The translations under genes were made by a program, and so were the position numbers. DNA of 63,248 bases, filler included, from Aduncisulcus paluster (lineage: Eukaryota), in NCBI GenBank assembly GCA_024181965.1. It is 23 parts of 23 records of this genome, joined end to end, with 100 filler letters (N's around TTAATTAATTAA, not from the genome) between each part and the next. Parts side by side here need not be neighbours in the genome. Positions count along the whole stretch, not along the records: positions 24,749 to 26,179 come from BQXS01012172.1; positions 26,280 to 29,225 come from BQXS01012173.1; positions 29,326 to 31,592 come from BQXS01012174.1; positions 31,693 to 33,021 come from BQXS01012175.1; positions 33,122 to 34,423 come from BQXS01012176.1; positions 34,524 to 35,622 come from BQXS01012177.1; 17 more parts are not named here. One strand, written 5' to 3'. Below are positions 24,749 through 35,722 of the stretch, in pieces. Each line of letters opens with the position of its first letter. The stretch's first letter is position 1. The notes beneath the pieces were generated by a model. The model did no database searches. It was not told where the DNA came from and saw nothing but the letters and a program-made list of their open reading frames with translations.

Positions 24749-26179
24749 AACAGACTTTCACAGGATTCAGTGTCATGGGATTGAAGGGAGTGGAACTTGG
24801 GGAATCAGGATCATTAAAGGACTCAGAGCTTGAGGAAGAATCAGAGGCCTCATCCTCATCTTCATCAACACTCACATACTTGCCATCTGCACACCAACTC
24901 TTTGCAAACGAACTCACACTGCCTCCAACACAAAATTCCATCAAGAAACCATACACACCATGGAATTCTGCATCAAGGAGGTCAAAGATATACAAGGGAC
25001 GTGGGATACGGTTGAAACATTTGGGATTCGTGAATAACTTGAGTTGCACCTTAAACTCCTTCCGACACCCTTTCACAACCTTTTTGTCTGCAACTCGAAG
25101 CATCTTCTTCAGAACACATGGGAAAGGAATGCCATCAACTTTCACAAGAAGAACCTCTCCGAACCCACCACTGCCGATGATGCACTGAGGAACGATGGTG
25201 GATGCAGAAGTCAGGGTTAATGAGTCGTGCTTAGGTTCATGCTTAGCAGTTGAATCAGATCTTCCTCCTGTGTGATCTATTTCCCCTTCCTCTTCTTCTT
25301 CTTTTTCTTCTTCTTCCTCATACTTCTTCAATTTGTCCCCAACTTTTCCAATGATATCGAGACCCAAAAGTCCAAAACATCGGCTTTTCTCCTCTTCCCA
25401 CATTCCCTGGCCTTCAATGTCGCATGAGACAACATTTGATAATCCAATGGGAAGGAAGAACCATCCATACATCTGAGAGTGACGCTCAAATAGGTATTTC
25501 TTGACAGATTTCTTGTCAAGATTGCACATGCATTTGAACTTTGATCATAATCTCTGGATTCCTTGCTCAGGAAGTCTGCACATGCCTTGAACCTTAAGAA
25601 TGGAGGATCAATAATTGCAGAACCATCGGCATATGGAAACTCCTCAAGACTGTCACTATCCGATGATAAGTGTTCATAGGCCGAATTAATCGTGTACTGG
25701 AAATAGAATAGAACAAAATAAAACAAAGAGAGAGAGAGAGAGAGTGGGTGAAGTTTTTTTTTTTAAAAAAGTGACAGGTAAGTAAAAGTTGCAAGAATAC
25801 CTTCAAAAAGAAAATGGAAGGAAAACAGCAGACAAAAACATAAAACATACAGAATCTAGTTTGTCTCCAGAACATTTCAACACTGGCTTAACTATTGGCT
25901 AGATTATTATGATAATACAAATGGAATACAAATGGGGTATAAACAATAAATTAATCACACAATTCAGGGAAGAAATTATCATAGATATAAATATAAAATA
26001 CAACAAAAATAGATTTAATATAACATACAGCGTCAGACCAGGTCTTTTCCTTTGATTCACGAATGGAGCATTCTTCAGGTGTCTCAGGTCGGATGAATGT
26101 GAGGGATGAAATCTTAAAAGATTCAGTTCTTTTCCATTTTCCAGTGATTTCACATTTAATAACGTTTGTAAGATCGATC
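24749..26179 (-). pseudogene. Intron-containing GAYIC/FLPIDL-domain gene fused to a family-B protein kinase, with an internal frameshifting deletion near 25530; partial at both ends
   Basis: Exons ...IRESKEKTWSDA | PIVKPVLKCSGDKLDS | YTINS...DYDQSSNA are joined by GTATGT...AG introns 26028-25899 and 25850-25697. The frame then changes to KKYLF...WFFLPIGL and continues into IGSGGFGEV...CVLKKM. Confidence 0.75.
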
Positions 26180-26279
26180 NNNNNNNNNNNNNNNNNNNNN
26201 NNNNNNNNNNNNNNNNNNNNNNNTTAATTAATTAANNNNNNNNNNNNNNNNNNNNNNNNNNNNNNNNNNNNNNNNNNNN

Positions 26280-28592
26280 ATTGGAACCATTGATCTTGAA
26301 GCTTTTGTGAGTGAAGTCAGTTCGATTCTGCATGGAGTGTCATCATCAAGTGTCAAGAGTGAAGAAGAGGGAGTTGATGGAGAGAAAGAGGAAGAGAAGA
26401 AGGATGGGGAAAGTGACTGTTTAAGTGACTGTTTAAGTGAATATTCGAGGAAAGATTATTCTGATTCATTCCTCTCTTCCATATCTTTCTGTATCAATTC
26501 AGCCTCTATCCCTGTTCATTGTGGTGAAGATGGATCTGTTACTGATTCTATTGACGATATTTCATTTAACGGTCCGTTATCTTCTGGACCTCACCATCAA
26601 AATAACAGAATACATGATGTTTCTATTTCTGATTCTTCTGATGATACATCTTATCAAGGAGGTTCAACTTCTGCTCTGCCAACTTTTGCTTCTCTCCATG
26701 ATAGAATTCTTTCTCTCATCTCCAGCCTTCATTCATCACTGCCATCATCTTGTGGATCAACCTTGCACCCAGCCTTCACAGAAACAATGAGTGCTCGAAA
26801 AGAGTTCATTCACAAGAATATATCGTTCTTGCAATCGATGGTATCAGAATGTCACTCACAAGCATCCACAACAGATTCCAAGTTCACATCCCTTGAGGCA
26901 CGACTGAATGGACAACTGCAATCCGACTCATGTTTTGATGCTGACATGTCCATCGTTGATGTGGAGGATAATGTGATCGATCAGTGCAAGAAAGAGGTTG
27001 GTGTGTTGAGTGATTCTGAAAGCATCCTGTCTTTGAGTTCTCCTCAATCCATCCGTGTGAATCCTAATATCGAGTCCTTCTTCCTTGATTGTCTGAAGAA
27101 TGAGACGAGTTCGTTGGAGCAAGCGATTGCATATCTTCGAATGAGGGAAGAGATGTATCTCACTGCATGCTGTTGTGTGCTTCGAGTGCGTGACTTGTGC
27201 AGTATGCGTAAGAGTGTTGTGAGGATCGAACAAAGTCCAACTGAAATGAAGTTTATTGCCAAGAATATGGAAAGGATGAAAGAGTATGTGAGGACTAACA
27301 AAGCCGAGATGGTTGTGATCAAGAATAAGATTGCAAGTCTAACAAAGAAACTCGAGGAGATTCAACAAGGTTTGAAAGAAGAAGACCTAGAACATCATGA
27401 TCAAGGAAGCCAATCTCTCTCTTCACCATTCAGTTCTTCTTCCCAATTCTCCATTTCACTCCCTTCACTTCCTGGTGAGGACCCTGATGATACTGATGAT
27501 GCCGAGTCGATTACACTTGCAATCTCAGATCGCAAGGCAAAACTTAAACAATACAAAGATGCCATCTCACAAGTTCGTGCTCAGATGAATGAACAATGTC
27601 ATCGTTCTTTTGAACTCCATCAACATGCATCCTTCTTGAGTTCCTTGGGGTTCGACATCCCCCCTGTTCTGAATATGAACAACGTATTGGATGATAATTT
27701 TACGACTACTTCTTCCATTCCTTTCCTCTTCACTATTGGTATGAATCTTGAATTATTCCATGATATTCACCAACTGACAAGTTCTGACGTAAGTGGATCC
27801 AAACAACTCATTCAGGGTGCATTTAAGAATGAAGGCAATATCTTCACAGCTCGTTGGGAACAATCTCAGGTTGCTGGAGAACACTCTGAGTTGCGTGTTA
27901 TTCTAAAGTTCTTCCCAATTGACACCAGTGATTCAAGATCGTTCAGACAGCTTCTTCGATCTGCCATCACCAGTCGTAAATGTGGAGACTGTCCATACAT
28001 TGTTCCTTTGTTGGGTGCATTCACAGATCGTCATGTTCTTACTGCAAAGAAAGAAGGTGCATATCTGCTGTTCCCATTCTTTGAACAAGGTGACTTGTGC
28101 AAGTGGATATCTTCATTTTCTACTCCTCGTTCCTTGCAAGACATCACCAAGATCTTGAAGTGCATTCTTCAAGGTCTTTCATATCTGCATTCCCAGGATA
28201 TTGTTCATTGTGATCTGAAGCCTCAGAATGTTATTGTTGACTCGTTTGGAAATGGTCTTCTGTGTGACTTCGAGGGTGCTGTCGATTGTAGTGAACGTAC
28301 AATGCGAGTCATGAGTCAAACGATACGAATCGCGACAAATCAGTTCATCGCACCAGAGATTGTCCGTGATGTGAACAATCATAGAAGACCACATCCAACT
28401 CCTGCATGTGACATGTTCTCATTCGGTGTGTTGATTCAGGAAGTATTCCGACTCTGGGAACAATCAGATTCTGAGTCATTCATCCCCATGCCCGATGAGT
28501 TGTCTGCGATTGTGTCTGCATGCACAATAGGAGACACTCCTCAAAAACGACCCACAGCCATCCAGTTGCTTGCGAACAAGTATTTCTTGTGA
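26280..28592 (+). CDS. Coiled-coil plus C-terminal Ser/Thr kinase, DFE-type family A, 5' partial
   Basis: VILK, HCDLKPQN, CDFEG, FIAPE, DMFSFG, RPTA; coiled-coil segments upstream. Confidence 0.9.
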   Translation: MGTIDLEAFVSEVSSILHGVSSSSVKSEEEGVDGEKEEEKKDGESDCLSDCLSEYSRKDYSDSFLSSISFCINSASIPVHCGEDGSVTDSIDDISFNGPLSSGPHHQNNRIHDVSISDSSDDTSYQGGSTSALPTFASLHDRILSLISSLHSSLPSSCGSTLHPAFTETMSARKEFIHKNISFLQSMVSECHSQASTTDSKFTSLEARLNGQLQSDSCFDADMSIVDVEDNVIDQCKKEVGVLSDSESILSLSSPQSIRVNPNIESFFLDCLKNETSSLEQAIAYLRMREEMYLTACCCVLRVRDLCSMRKSVVRIEQSPTEMKFIAKNMERMKEYVRTNKAEMVVIKNKIASLTKKLEEIQQGLKEEDLEHHDQGSQSLSSPFSSSSQFSISLPSLPGEDPDDTDDAESITLAISDRKAKLKQYKDAISQVRAQMNEQCHRSFELHQHASFLSSLGFDIPPVLNMNNVLDDNFTTTSSIPFLFTIGMNLELFHDIHQLTSSDVSGSKQLIQGAFKNEGNIFTARWEQSQVAGEHSELRVILKFFPIDTSDSRSFRQLLRSAITSRKCGDCPYIVPLLGAFTDRHVLTAKKEGAYLLFPFFEQGDLCKWISSFSTPRSLQDITKILKCILQGLSYLHSQDIVHCDLKPQNVIVDSFGNGLLCDFEGAVDCSERTMRVMSQTIRIATNQFIAPEIVRDVNNHRRPHPTPACDMFSFGVLIQEVFRLWEQSDSESFIPMPDELSAIVSACTIGDTPQKRPTAIQLLANKYFL

Positions 28593-29067
28593 AGGTAATG
28601 TTGCTCATAGATTCTCGAATATGAAGATGTAAAATGAAGAAATGGTATTTATTGGGAAAGTTAAATGAACAAAAGCATGTGATTAACTCCCACTGTTCGA
28701 CAGGAATCCCGTCACAGGATGGCTGATTGGTTGATAACAATGTCAAAGAAGAATGGCAGTAAGATTCATTCAGATGTCCAGACTATGGTTACTACGGATG
28801 AAATAACAAATGAATCATGAATCATTATGGTGAATTTTACAAGACAAATAAACTCATAGATCTATCTTGTCTAAGTTCTTTGAGCTCTTGTCTAACTTCT
28901 ATTCATCTAACTTCATGATCACTTCATCAGATCATCACTCAACCAATCCTTCCAGTCATGGTTACTATGCATGCCAAGCTCCACAAGATCCACAGATTTC
29001 TACTTATTTAGTTTGATAACATACCCTCTTTTTTTTGTGTGTATCCACTTTGAACTGACCTCAGAAC

Positions 29068-29225
29068 TCAAGGTGCAAAATACATCTTATCAGAGTTCTC
29101 AAAGCAAGTCCTCGTGACGACATCCATGGAAATGTCCAACAATCCACTGATAACCTCTGCAACCTGGATGATACAACACACTTCATTGCGACTCTTGACA
29201 AGCTGACCCATCACAAACTTCTCCT
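29068..29225 (-). CDS. C-terminus of a TatD-family (TATDN1-like) nuclease, 5' partial; absent from the ORF track
   Basis: Manual translation EKFVMGQLVKSRNEVCCIIQVAEVISGLLDISMDVVTRTCFENSDKMYFAP* matches the eukaryotic TatD RNEPxxIxQxxEV...xN terminal helices. Confidence 0.7.
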
Positions 29226-29325
29226 NNNNNNNNNNNNNNNNNNNNNNNNNNNNNNNNNNNNNNNNNNNNTTAATTAATTAANNNNNNNNNNNNNNNNNNN
29301 NNNNNNNNNNNNNNNNNNNNNNNNN

Positions 29326-30379
29326 TCACAAACAAACCAGCACCAATAAAGACAAAAATGGCAAAGAATATAGCGTATCCAGAGAAAGAGTATTTTATAC
29401 AAGAGTTCATCAGAATCCCATTTGAGGAGATCATAACCATACCGCAAAACAACCCGAGAAGATCAGTTGAAAAGCTTCCGGATTTTCTTTCGAAACGGTC
29501 GTTACTATCCAATTCAGTAACATTAGCTACAGTAATGCTGAAGACAACAATCAAACCAATGACAACAAGAAGCAAAATGGTAGAAATCAAAAACGCACCA
29601 ACAACAAGGATTCCACACGAAGAAAATAAAATTATTATTGAACCAACAAGAAAAATATCATTGGAACAAGAAGAAACCAGAGCTACAATTGAATAAATCC
29701 AGTTAATAAGACCGACAATCACTCCGAAAATAAACCATCCGCTCGGATCTGTTGTAATTATACAAACAGTAAGATTTCCAATGAAAGACCATCCCGCCAA
29801 AACGGAAGCAATGCATCCACATACAAAATAAACTCCAATAGAATATTTAGATGAACCATCATCACAATCACAAATGTAAGAAATGCACGAAAACATAATT
29901 GCTGCAACAATAGGCCAAAAGAGGAAGATCAGAAAGATAATTCGAAAAACTCCAACACTATCATCATCATCATCACTCATTGTTGTGATTTTGCCCCGAT
30001 TCAATGGGCCCACATTGTTGTCGGATGAAGAAACTGTTGTTTGGTTTAGATTTTGATCTCTTGAGATAGATCGAGTAATCACCCAGGAATTTCTTTCTTC
30101 ATCTTTCAAGTGAAGCTTATTTTTAAATGAAATTTCAGATGGCTCCGTTTTTGAGATTTTAGAAGATAAGAAATTCGGGTTAGAAAAGCCAACATCACGT
30201 TGACTATGATAGTCATGAGGCGATCCATCTGTCAATTTTGAATCTTTTGAATTATTTAATTCAAGGCTATCATTTAAACTTGCAGAAATAAAGGGATATG
30301 AAGAAATAATAAAAAATATCAACAGAAAAGCAGGTGACCTAAGCAAAACCCAAAATGGAAGAAATCTTCTATGTATCAT
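29326..30379 (-). CDS. Multi-pass membrane protein with signal-like N-terminus, 3' partial
   Basis: Hydrophobic leader, polar ectodomain and six or more hydrophobic segments. Confidence 0.8.
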
Positions 30380-30769
30380 TGTTATAAATCAATAAAATTG
30401 AAATAGAAAATCAATGAGATCAAATTTAGCAAAATATTTAAGATTATATGGGGACAAAAGAGTGATATTTTCAAATAAGTTCTAACGTCGTAATTATAAG
30501 CAGCAGTCATGTTTCTTCTTTTAATTTACCAATATATAGAATATTTATTTGCAAAACATGTAAGTTAGGTCTAATATTATGGCTGTAGCTTTCCAGAGAT
30601 CCTCGACATCCGGCTCTGATGGACAATGTCTTTTTATGAAATACAAGAGGATATAAAAAAGCAGTAAATGTTCATATAATTGCAAATCAAACACTCATTA
30701 TTATCCTTTTTATCGTGATTCTTCCATTAATGTTCAAAATGTCTTTCGTGCCGTTTTGCCAACATATAT

Positions 30770-31592
30770 ATGTCAGTAGAAGACCCTAAATTATTTGGGG
30801 CACTACGAAATCCTTCTGAAGGTGCATTATTTACGAATGTACATGAAATTGCTCTCGAAGCTTCTTCGAGAGTTTGTTTACAGAAAATACAACCCACAGT
30901 TGGGTATGATGGAGCAAGAGGATCGAGTGGTAGATCTGGTACTAATGGTTCACATGGTCATAACGGTGGAATGGGTCCTGTACGCGGAGGTTGTGGATCT
31001 CGAGGTGGAGATGGGTATCAAGGAGAAGATGGAAGGCATGGAACTTCAGCTTCTCCGTTAACAGTCACATTATCTGGACCCGCAGAAGCTGTAGCTGTGA
31101 GTGCAAATGGTGCTCCAGTCTCCTCAGTGGATGCTGATGGTTCTGGAGAGGGCATATATTTTGTTGATGTATCTGGAGGAGACGGAGGAGACGGAGGAGA
31201 TGGTGGACGCGGAGGATCTGGTGGTGCAGGTGGTAGAGGAGGTACTGGTCATCGAGGACGGAATGCCACCCGTATGGGAGAAAGTGGTGGTCGAGGAGGT
31301 CCTGGAGGAAATGGAGGTAACGGAGGTCGAGGAGGTGACGGCGGATCTGGTGGACGAGCAGGAAATGCTGGAAATGGAAGTTCTTGTGTCATAAGTGTTA
31401 CTGATTCACGTTATTTTGTTTTGTGTGGAGTCGATGTTCGCAAAGGACTTGGAGGAAGAGGAGGCCGAGGGGGCTCTGGTGGAGCTGGAGGATCTGGTGG
31501 AGCTGGAGGATCTGGAGGATCTGGAGGAAGTGGTGGTCCCAGCGGACGGCGTGCTAAGGAGTATGTGCCTCCTGGACATACTGGAAGCAGAG
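30770..31592 (+). CDS. Glycine-rich (GXX/GGX repeat) protein, 3' partial
   Basis: Blocks of GGxGGx repeats separated by short hydrophobic beta-like spacers (LTVTL, YFVDVSGG, VISVT, VDVRKG). Confidence 0.8.
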
Positions 31593-31692
31593 NNNNNNNN
31601 NNNNNNNNNNNNNNNNNNNNNNNNNNNNNNNNNNNNTTAATTAATTAANNNNNNNNNNNNNNNNNNNNNNNNNNNNNNNNNNNNNNNNNNNN

Positions 31693-32229
31693 CTTGGATC
31701 TTCTGCCATATGTCTGTGTGATCAGCCCCATGCAGATTATTATGACAAGTACATTGGTGATGTGTGTCAATATCTCTGTCCAAGGTATGGGGACGATGCT
31801 GTGTGTGACGACCATGGATTGTGCACCATTGATGATAACTCGGATCAGGCCGTGTGTTCATGTGAATCGGGGTATGTTGGATCCTGGTGCCAGAGTCAGT
31901 GTCAATGTGACAATGATCATGGATATTGCTACGAATCAACACCTGGAAGCTACTCGAGTCAGGCTCTATGCAACTGCTCTTTCTTTTTCTCTGCTAACAA
32001 TCACTGCTCTTCATGGAATTATTTCCACGTTTCCCTCATCATTTTGGTCGTCCTGATTGTGCTCGCTTGTGTTGTCATATCTTCCGTTCTGTGTGTTCGA
32101 AAGTTCAGGCCAGCGAATGAAATTGATAACACCATCGATGATGAACAGTTCAATTTGTTGAGTGACCCATCAGACTCTGATCCATCAGAGTATTCGTGTG
32201 ATATCCTGATAATCGGGGATCATAATTGA
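31693..32229 (+). CDS. EGF-like cysteine-rich type I membrane protein, 5' partial
   Basis: CDDHGLC...CSCESGYVGSWC and CDNDHGYC...CNC, then a TM helix (VSLIILVVLIVLACVVISSVLCV), RKFR and an acidic tail. Confidence 0.85.
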   Translation, partial: LGSSAICLCDQPHADYYDKYIGDVCQYLCPRYGDDAVCDDHGLCTIDDNSDQAVCSCESGYVGSWCQSQCQCDNDHGYCYESTPGSYSSQALCNCSFFFSANNHCSSWNYFHVSLIILVVLIVLACVVISSVLCVRKFRPANEIDNTIDDEQFNLLSDPSDSDPSEYSCDILIIGDHN

Positions 32230-32731
32230 AATATTTTCCATCATTTGAGTAGGAAAGTAGTTTAATTTTTTAATTTTTTATTTATTTTTCTTCGTCATTC
32301 CTAATTTTAATATCATCCTTCTCAATGAGAAGCTTCTCATTTTCTTACATTTCTCCCTTCTTTGCTCTCGATACAATCTTTTCAATCTTCTTATCGTTTG
32401 CATCCTCTGCCTCTTTCTTTGCAATGCAATTAACTCAAGTACAACATCTCTTGAAACGTTCCCTCATAAAAACTCACCCACAATCTCTGGGTCTCAGTGA
32501 CTAACAATGTCTGCTAAATGTCACGAAAAGCAGTTTTATGAGGATGTTTCAAGATGCAATTCAACATTTTTCAATTTTACAATTAATATCATTAGATTAT
32601 TTCACCAATTTCTGGTAATATCACGGCATCATCTCTTTTCGCCCCTCTTTAATAAAGCCTTCATCATATCAATCTTTCAAAGATTAAACAAGTTGTTTTA
32701 AAATTTAAACTTTTTAATATTCTTAACTTAC

Positions 32732-33021
32732 TTCCATGGAAGGAGGCATAATCGTTCGCTAGCAAGGATTTCTTCTGGCATAGTAAAAATAAGGGGGTGG
32801 AACGAGAATGATCGAGATTTACAACCACCACCTTCAAGCTCACAGACAGTATAACATTTGGCAAATCGATAGGAAGGAAGTGCCATTCATAATCATGGTC
32901 AAGATCATTGAATTCATGCTTCTTGTGGGTCTTCTTGCCATCAGAAATAGAGAAAGAAAAAAGACAAGGTGAACTTTCAACTTTGAAACCACAGATATAA
33001 GCACCTTTCATTGGGCTAAGT
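32732..33021 (-). pseudogene. Degenerate 3' fragment of the GAYIC/FLPIDL family
   Basis: MKGAYICG...KKHEF...EWHFLPIDLPNVIL, followed by a frameshift. Confidence 0.75.
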
Positions 33022-33123
33022 NNNNNNNNNNNNNNNNNNNNNNNNNNNNNNNNNNNNNNNNNNNNTTAATTAATTAANNNNNNNNNNNNNNNNNNNNNNN
33101 NNNNNNNNNNNNNNNNNNNNNCT

Positions 33124-33921
33124 GTTCCTCTTGTTGGCGCTGAGGAAACCCGGCCCTCTTCCCTTGTGCCTGATGCTCAGTCACCCCCTTCGGCTGTCTC
33201 GCTCTCTCCTTCCTTATATCTTGCCAGAATCGTGTGTGCTTGTCATATCGTATACTGTGGTGCTCTTTACACCTCTCTCGGCATGGAATCTCTTGCTCTT
33301 TGCTGTCATATTGCTGCCTTGAGATTCACTGATATTCTTCCTGCTGAAAGATGTTTCTATTTAGCTGGAATGGGTGTGTTGAAGCTTGAAAAAGCAAAGA
33401 AGAGATCTGGTGGTGATTCATTGGGTCATCCCGTTCTTGAATCCCTCACTGAATCCCGGTCTGCATTCGTTTTATTGAACAGGTTTGTTGAGATCAATAT
33501 CGCAATTACTGAAGGAGAAGTGGACATTGATGGAAGTGATTTTGAGACCTCTGATATTCCGCGTGTGCTTAATTTGAAGGCTAGCCCCGCTTTTACCTCT
33601 GAAGATGAGAGAGAAGAAGCTCATGAATGGGTTCTCACTACCAATTTGGACGACTCTGATGATCTGGAGAGTCCACAGTTGCCCGAGATTGCTTGTAATG
33701 AGTGTGGGGATGCAACATATGAGTTTGGAGTTCAATGTGGAGAGTGTTCCCAGCTGAAACAACTCGATGCCGTGACAATGCTTCCCTTGGCTTCAACGGG
33801 AATGAGTTGTACCGAGTGTAAGTGTTTGTGTGGTGTCGAAGAGTGGAATGCTGCCGTCGGGAAAACAAGGAAATGTCCTTGGTGTGGATGTAATGCTTAT
33901 CCAAGGTCTGAATATCCTTAA
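33124..33921 (+). CDS. IFT172: Intraflagellar transport protein 172, C-terminal part, 5' partial
   Basis: LRFTDILPAERCFYLAG, AFVLLNRFVEI, DGSDFETSDIP, EREEAHEWVL and a terminal Cys-rich region with WN; these are characteristic IFT172 C-terminal motifs. Confidence 0.85.
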   Translation, partial: VPLVGAEETRPSSLVPDAQSPPSAVSLSPSLYLARIVCACHIVYCGALYTSLGMESLALCCHIAALRFTDILPAERCFYLAGMGVLKLEKAKKRSGGDSLGHPVLESLTESRSAFVLLNRFVEINIAITEGEVDIDGSDFETSDIPRVLNLKASPAFTSEDEREEAHEWVLTTNLDDSDDLESPQLPEIACNECGDATYEFGVQCGECSQLKQLDAVTMLPLASTGMSCTECKCLCGVEEWNAAVGKTRKCPWCGCNAYPRSEYP

Positions 33922-34221
33922 TTTACTTTTAAATCGAAAGATATTGGACGAATTTGAACCATAGAAGTTGTAAAGAGTAAAATGTTTTTGTTAGTATGAT
34001 GGTATTACAATGTTGTTTATTTATTATTGACAGAAACTATTATTATTATTTATTATTTTGAAGTTATCATCTTATTATATTAAAGGATTAAGAATGTTTC
34101 ATTTTTTGGTTCCGGTTTGGTTTCAAATCCAAAAACTGGGAATTTATATTTTATTTCAAAATAGTAAATTTGCTCCGAGCATAAATTCTGTAGAACAGCT
34201 AACAATAATATTATTGAACAA

Positions 34222-34423
34222 ATGCCAGCTACAGTTCAAACTACAAGTGGTGCAACGGTAGACGTACCGTGTTTGCGCAAATACACTTTGGAAGATCTCA
34301 ATGAATTTTTCTTGAGATATGATGCATATAAATCGAATCCGAGAGTTTCGAGTCCTTCTTCTTGGATAAGGTTGATCGATCCGGCCCTGCTTTCATCGTT
34401 GAAAGATATTTTGGGTTTTGGAG
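34222..34423 (+). CDS. N-terminus of a possible Gag-like protein, 3' partial
   Basis: VPCLRKYTLEDLNEFFLRYDAY...LIDPALL loosely parallels the Gag at 11346 (IERLRSDDTDDVKEFLKKIQEL...LMPPISA). Confidence 0.45.
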
Positions 34424-34523
34424 NNNNNNNNNNNNNNNNNNNNNNNNNNNNNNNNNNNNNNNNNNNNTTAATTAATTAANNNNNNNNNNNNNNNNNNNNN
34501 NNNNNNNNNNNNNNNNNNNNNNN

Positions 34524-35622
34524 GTTGGAAAGTGGAGGAGATCGTTGGAAGGAAGGAATCCCTTTTGTCTTCAACTTTGAAATAATAACTAACACAAATC
34601 CTACAATACTCTCCATCAACATCTCCTTCCAACAATTCCTCACATCTTGATAGATGACCAATGAAAGTATCAATGAGATCACTCAGATCAGGAATAGGGA
34701 GAAAGATATTATTTCCAGAAATAACATGTTTAACAAACCAACTTAAACACTGAGCACAAAGAACAATATCTCTCTTGTGCTCTTCAATCTCACTCTTTGA
34801 TTGGAATGCAAGGAATACAGAAAGAATAGCATCTCGATGTTCATGGTAGAGTTTGAATTTGGATTCTGAATCAGGGGATTTCTTAACTTTCCAAACTAAA
34901 CCATCCAAATCAAGACCATCGATAATCCTCGTCAACACAGAAGATATTTGAGGGCTCAGTTTTGTTTGAAAAGATTTGACTTTCTGTTCTGCGATTGAAA
35001 CAATTCGAACCAATGACTTTGTAATTGAATTCATGACACAATTCTCACCAGATCCTTCATCAGCATCCATCTTGCACAATTCAGCTTCAACTCGGATCAT
35101 TGGAGTCAAAAATGTCTCAATCAATTCCTTGAGAGAGGATTCATCAAGTGTCAATATAGAACGATCACTATCATCATCACCAAAGCCAGAAGATGAACTA
35201 GCACATTCATGCTGAACAAATGAGGATAAACATTCGAAACAGAGAGTGAATAGAGTTCTATCAGATGCAAGAGAAGAGGATAAATCTCCAATAGGGTTTG
35301 AAAAAGAATGGTTTTTGTTCCAATCCTCAAAAGTATTCATAAGACGAGGAGAAGATGACTTGAAAAGTGATATCACAGAAGTTTGAGATGAAGTGAGTTG
35401 AATGGGCATTTCATGATAGTTGCAACTCCTTCTGACCATTTCTTCAGAGGAGGATAACAATTAACAAGATATCTTGTATAATCTTCATCCCAACCTCCAT
35501 TATTCTTGCACCATACCATGTTGGCATCATATTTGGGAGATATATAAGAAACAAGAGATGGCACAGTTGAAAACATGGAAACGAGCCTGGACCAGTATAT
35601 AGTTCCCCATTTATGTTCTTTC
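34524..35622 (-). CDS. Member of a second expanded, helical-repeat (ARM/HEAT-like) family; frameshift near 35460; partial
   Basis: Internal repeat LCFECLSSFVQH...LIETFL versus LCAQCLSWFVKH...LIDTFI. ORFs 35373..35576 and 34468..35460 overlap out of frame. Confidence 0.65.
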
Positions 35623-35722
35623 NNNNNNNNNNNNNNNNNNNNNNNNNNNNNNNNNNNNNNNNNNNNTTAATTAATTAANNNNNNNNNNNNNNNNNNNNNN
35701 NNNNNNNNNNNNNNNNNNNNNN

